Origin: an uncultured bacterium
Lineage (GTDB): Bacteria > Zhuqueibacterota > QNDG01 > DTFT01
Direction: 5' to 3'
Assembly (NCBI GenBank): GCA_963736115.1
Contig: CAVTNR010000008.1
Location: 96,001-160,000 of the forward strand
DNA: 64,000 nucleotides
The translations under genes were made by a program, and so were the position numbers. Shown one piece after another: positions 62,382-64,000 of this stretch. Every line of letters starts with the position of its first letter. Position 1 is the stretch's first letter. The notes under the pieces are model-generated. The model had not been told where the DNA came from. It was given only the letters and a program-made list of their open reading frames with translations, and made no database searches.

Positions 62382-63869
62382 TTATGCGTTGAACGTGATC
62401 GTGAAACGCGCCCCGCGCGCTCCGCCCGCCCCGACCGGTCCGCCGCAGCCGTGGTTCACGTCGATCGTGCCCTTCAACTGCTGGGTGAGGCTGCGTATCA
62501 GCTGCATGCCGAGTGTCTCGCTGCGGTGCAGATCGAACGAATCGCCGAGCCCCACCCCGTCGTCCATGACGGTCAGGGCGACCGTGTTGTCGGCGCCCTT
62601 CGCGCAGTCGATGCGGATCGTTCCCTTCCGGTCGTCGGGAAAGGCGTATTTCAGCGCGTTGGTGACCAGTTCGTTGACGATGAGGGCGCAGGGAATGCCC
62701 TTGTCGATGCTCAGCATGACGTTCTCGAATCGCGTGTCGATGCGCACCTTCTGGAGCTGGGTGCCGTACGAGTTGGCCAGGTGGCCGATGAGGTTGCGCG
62801 TGTATTCCGAGAAGTCCACGTGGACCATGTCCTCCGACTGGTACAGCTTTTCGTGGATCAGCGCCATCGAACGGATGCGGTTCTGGCTCTCCACGAACAT
62901 GTCCAGGGCGCCGGTGTCCTTGATCTTCCGCGACTGCAGGTACAGCAGGCTCGAGATGACCTGGAGGTTGTTCTTGACCCGGTGGTGAATCTCCTTCAGC
63001 AGAACCTCCTTCTCCTGCAGGGACTCCCTCAGCTTGTTCTCAACCCGGATCCGCTCGAAAATCTCCTGCATGAGCTCCTGGGTGCGCTCCTGCACCCGCT
63101 TTTCCAGGTTCTCCTGCGCCCGGGTGAGGGCGTGGTCGCGCTCCTGAATCTGCGAGAGCATCTCGTTGAACCCGTCGATGAGCTGGCCGACCTCGTCGCG
63201 GCTTTTCTTCTCCACCCGGATCGAATAGTCGTTCTTCAGGGACACCGTGAAGGCCACCTCGGCGAGGTTCTGAATCGGCTTGGCGATCATCTGCTGCAGC
63301 CGCGACGCGACCGAGAAGGAGATCATGGCCGAAACCAGGATCATGATCAGCGCGATGAGGCCGTAGCGGGTGAATCGCGCGTGCATCTCCTGAAGGTCGT
63401 ACTTGATGTACACCGTGCCGATCCGGTCCTCCTCCAGCAGGACGGGCCGGGTCAGAATCAGGTGGTCCCCGGTGAAGACCTCCTGATCGACGGCCGAGGC
63501 CGGCGGAAATTCGGGCTTGGCGTTCTCGCGCAGATAGGTCGCGAACACCTGGCCGTCCGGCTTGTAGATGCAGGCCGACACGATGTGCTTCTGCGCGAGC
63601 AGGGCCGAGAGAATCTCCTCAGCGGTGCGGCCGTCGTCGAAGGCGAGCGCGGCGGTGCTGTTCCGGCCGATGATCTCGGCCGTGACGGTCAGCTCGCGGA
63701 GCACCGTGCGGCGGAAGGAGATCCGCTCGTACACGATGAACGCGGAGCAGGCCACGCAGAGCGCGATGGTCGTCGTCAGCAGGTCGATCAGCGTCAGCTT
63801 ACGCTTGATCGACAGGTGCCTAACGGACCGGAACAGGTCCGGCATATGTTCAAGTGCGCTTTTTTTCAT
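62382..63869 (-). CDS. Membrane sensor kinase (periplasmic CHASE8-like, HAMP, HisKA_2)
   Basis: NSTAALAFDD, DEVGQLIDGFNEML, EIHHRVKNNLQVISSLL, NELVTNALKYAF. Start could be a few codons downstream. Confidence 0.92.
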   Translation of the reverse strand: MKKSALEHMPDLFRSVRHLSIKRKLTLIDLLTTTIALCVACSAFIVYERISFRRTVLRELTVTAEIIGRNSTAALAFDDGRTAEEILSALLAQKHIVSACIYKPDGQVFATYLRENAKPEFPPASAVDQEVFTGDHLILTRPVLLEEDRIGTVYIKYDLQEMHARFTRYGLIALIMILVSAMISFSVASRLQQMIAKPIQNLAEVAFTVSLKNDYSIRVEKKSRDEVGQLIDGFNEMLSQIQERDHALTRAQENLEKRVQERTQELMQEIFERIRVENKLRESLQEKEVLLKEIHHRVKNNLQVISSLLYLQSRKIKDTGALDMFVESQNRIRSMALIHEKLYQSEDMVHVDFSEYTRNLIGHLANSYGTQLQKVRIDTRFENVMLSIDKGIPCALIVNELVTNALKYAFPDDRKGTIRIDCAKGADNTVALTVMDDGVGLGDSFDLHRSETLGMQLIRSLTQQLKGTIDVNHGCGGPVGAGGARGARFTITFNA

Positions 63870-64000
63870 GAGATGGTCTTATCCGGGTCTATTTTTGCAA
63901 ATTACATGCCATAAATAAATGCTTTGCTTTATTTTAGGGGTGTTCTTAATTTGTGGAATACAGGCATTTCGTCCGTGTGGAGGCCATACGGATAAGGACA

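Overview
This is a GC-rich bacterial window with no rRNA, tRNA, CRISPR array or intact transposase that I can support. Gene content suggests an anaerobe of the FCB superphylum, possibly KSB1-like (inference from a Bacteroidota-type sigma70, a YPNPFN/FlgD C-terminal domain and a TWGxIK tail). It carries housekeeping genes (ackA end, ptsH, pgi/pmi, metK, ahcY, hppA, ligA, fusA), secreted glycosidases (GH27, GH29, GH78, galM), an ECF sigma/anti-sigma locus and several two-component proteins. Two things stand out. (1) A ~45-bp hairpin-bearing micro-element occurs 14 times, always inserted without target duplication into other palindromic repeats or into itself. Its terminal base covaries perfectly, Watson-Crick style, with a base at the hairpin foot, resembling HUH (IS200/IS605/RAYT) guide-cleavage pairing. 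(2) A Desulfovibrio-type [FeFe]-hydrogenase has a Tat-signal small subunit fused to a T9SS-type/FlgD-Ig C-terminal domain. Clustered frameshifts (hppA, yjbQ, SSS transporter, one hypothetical) look like read errors. All family calls are motif recognition by eye; no database search was run.
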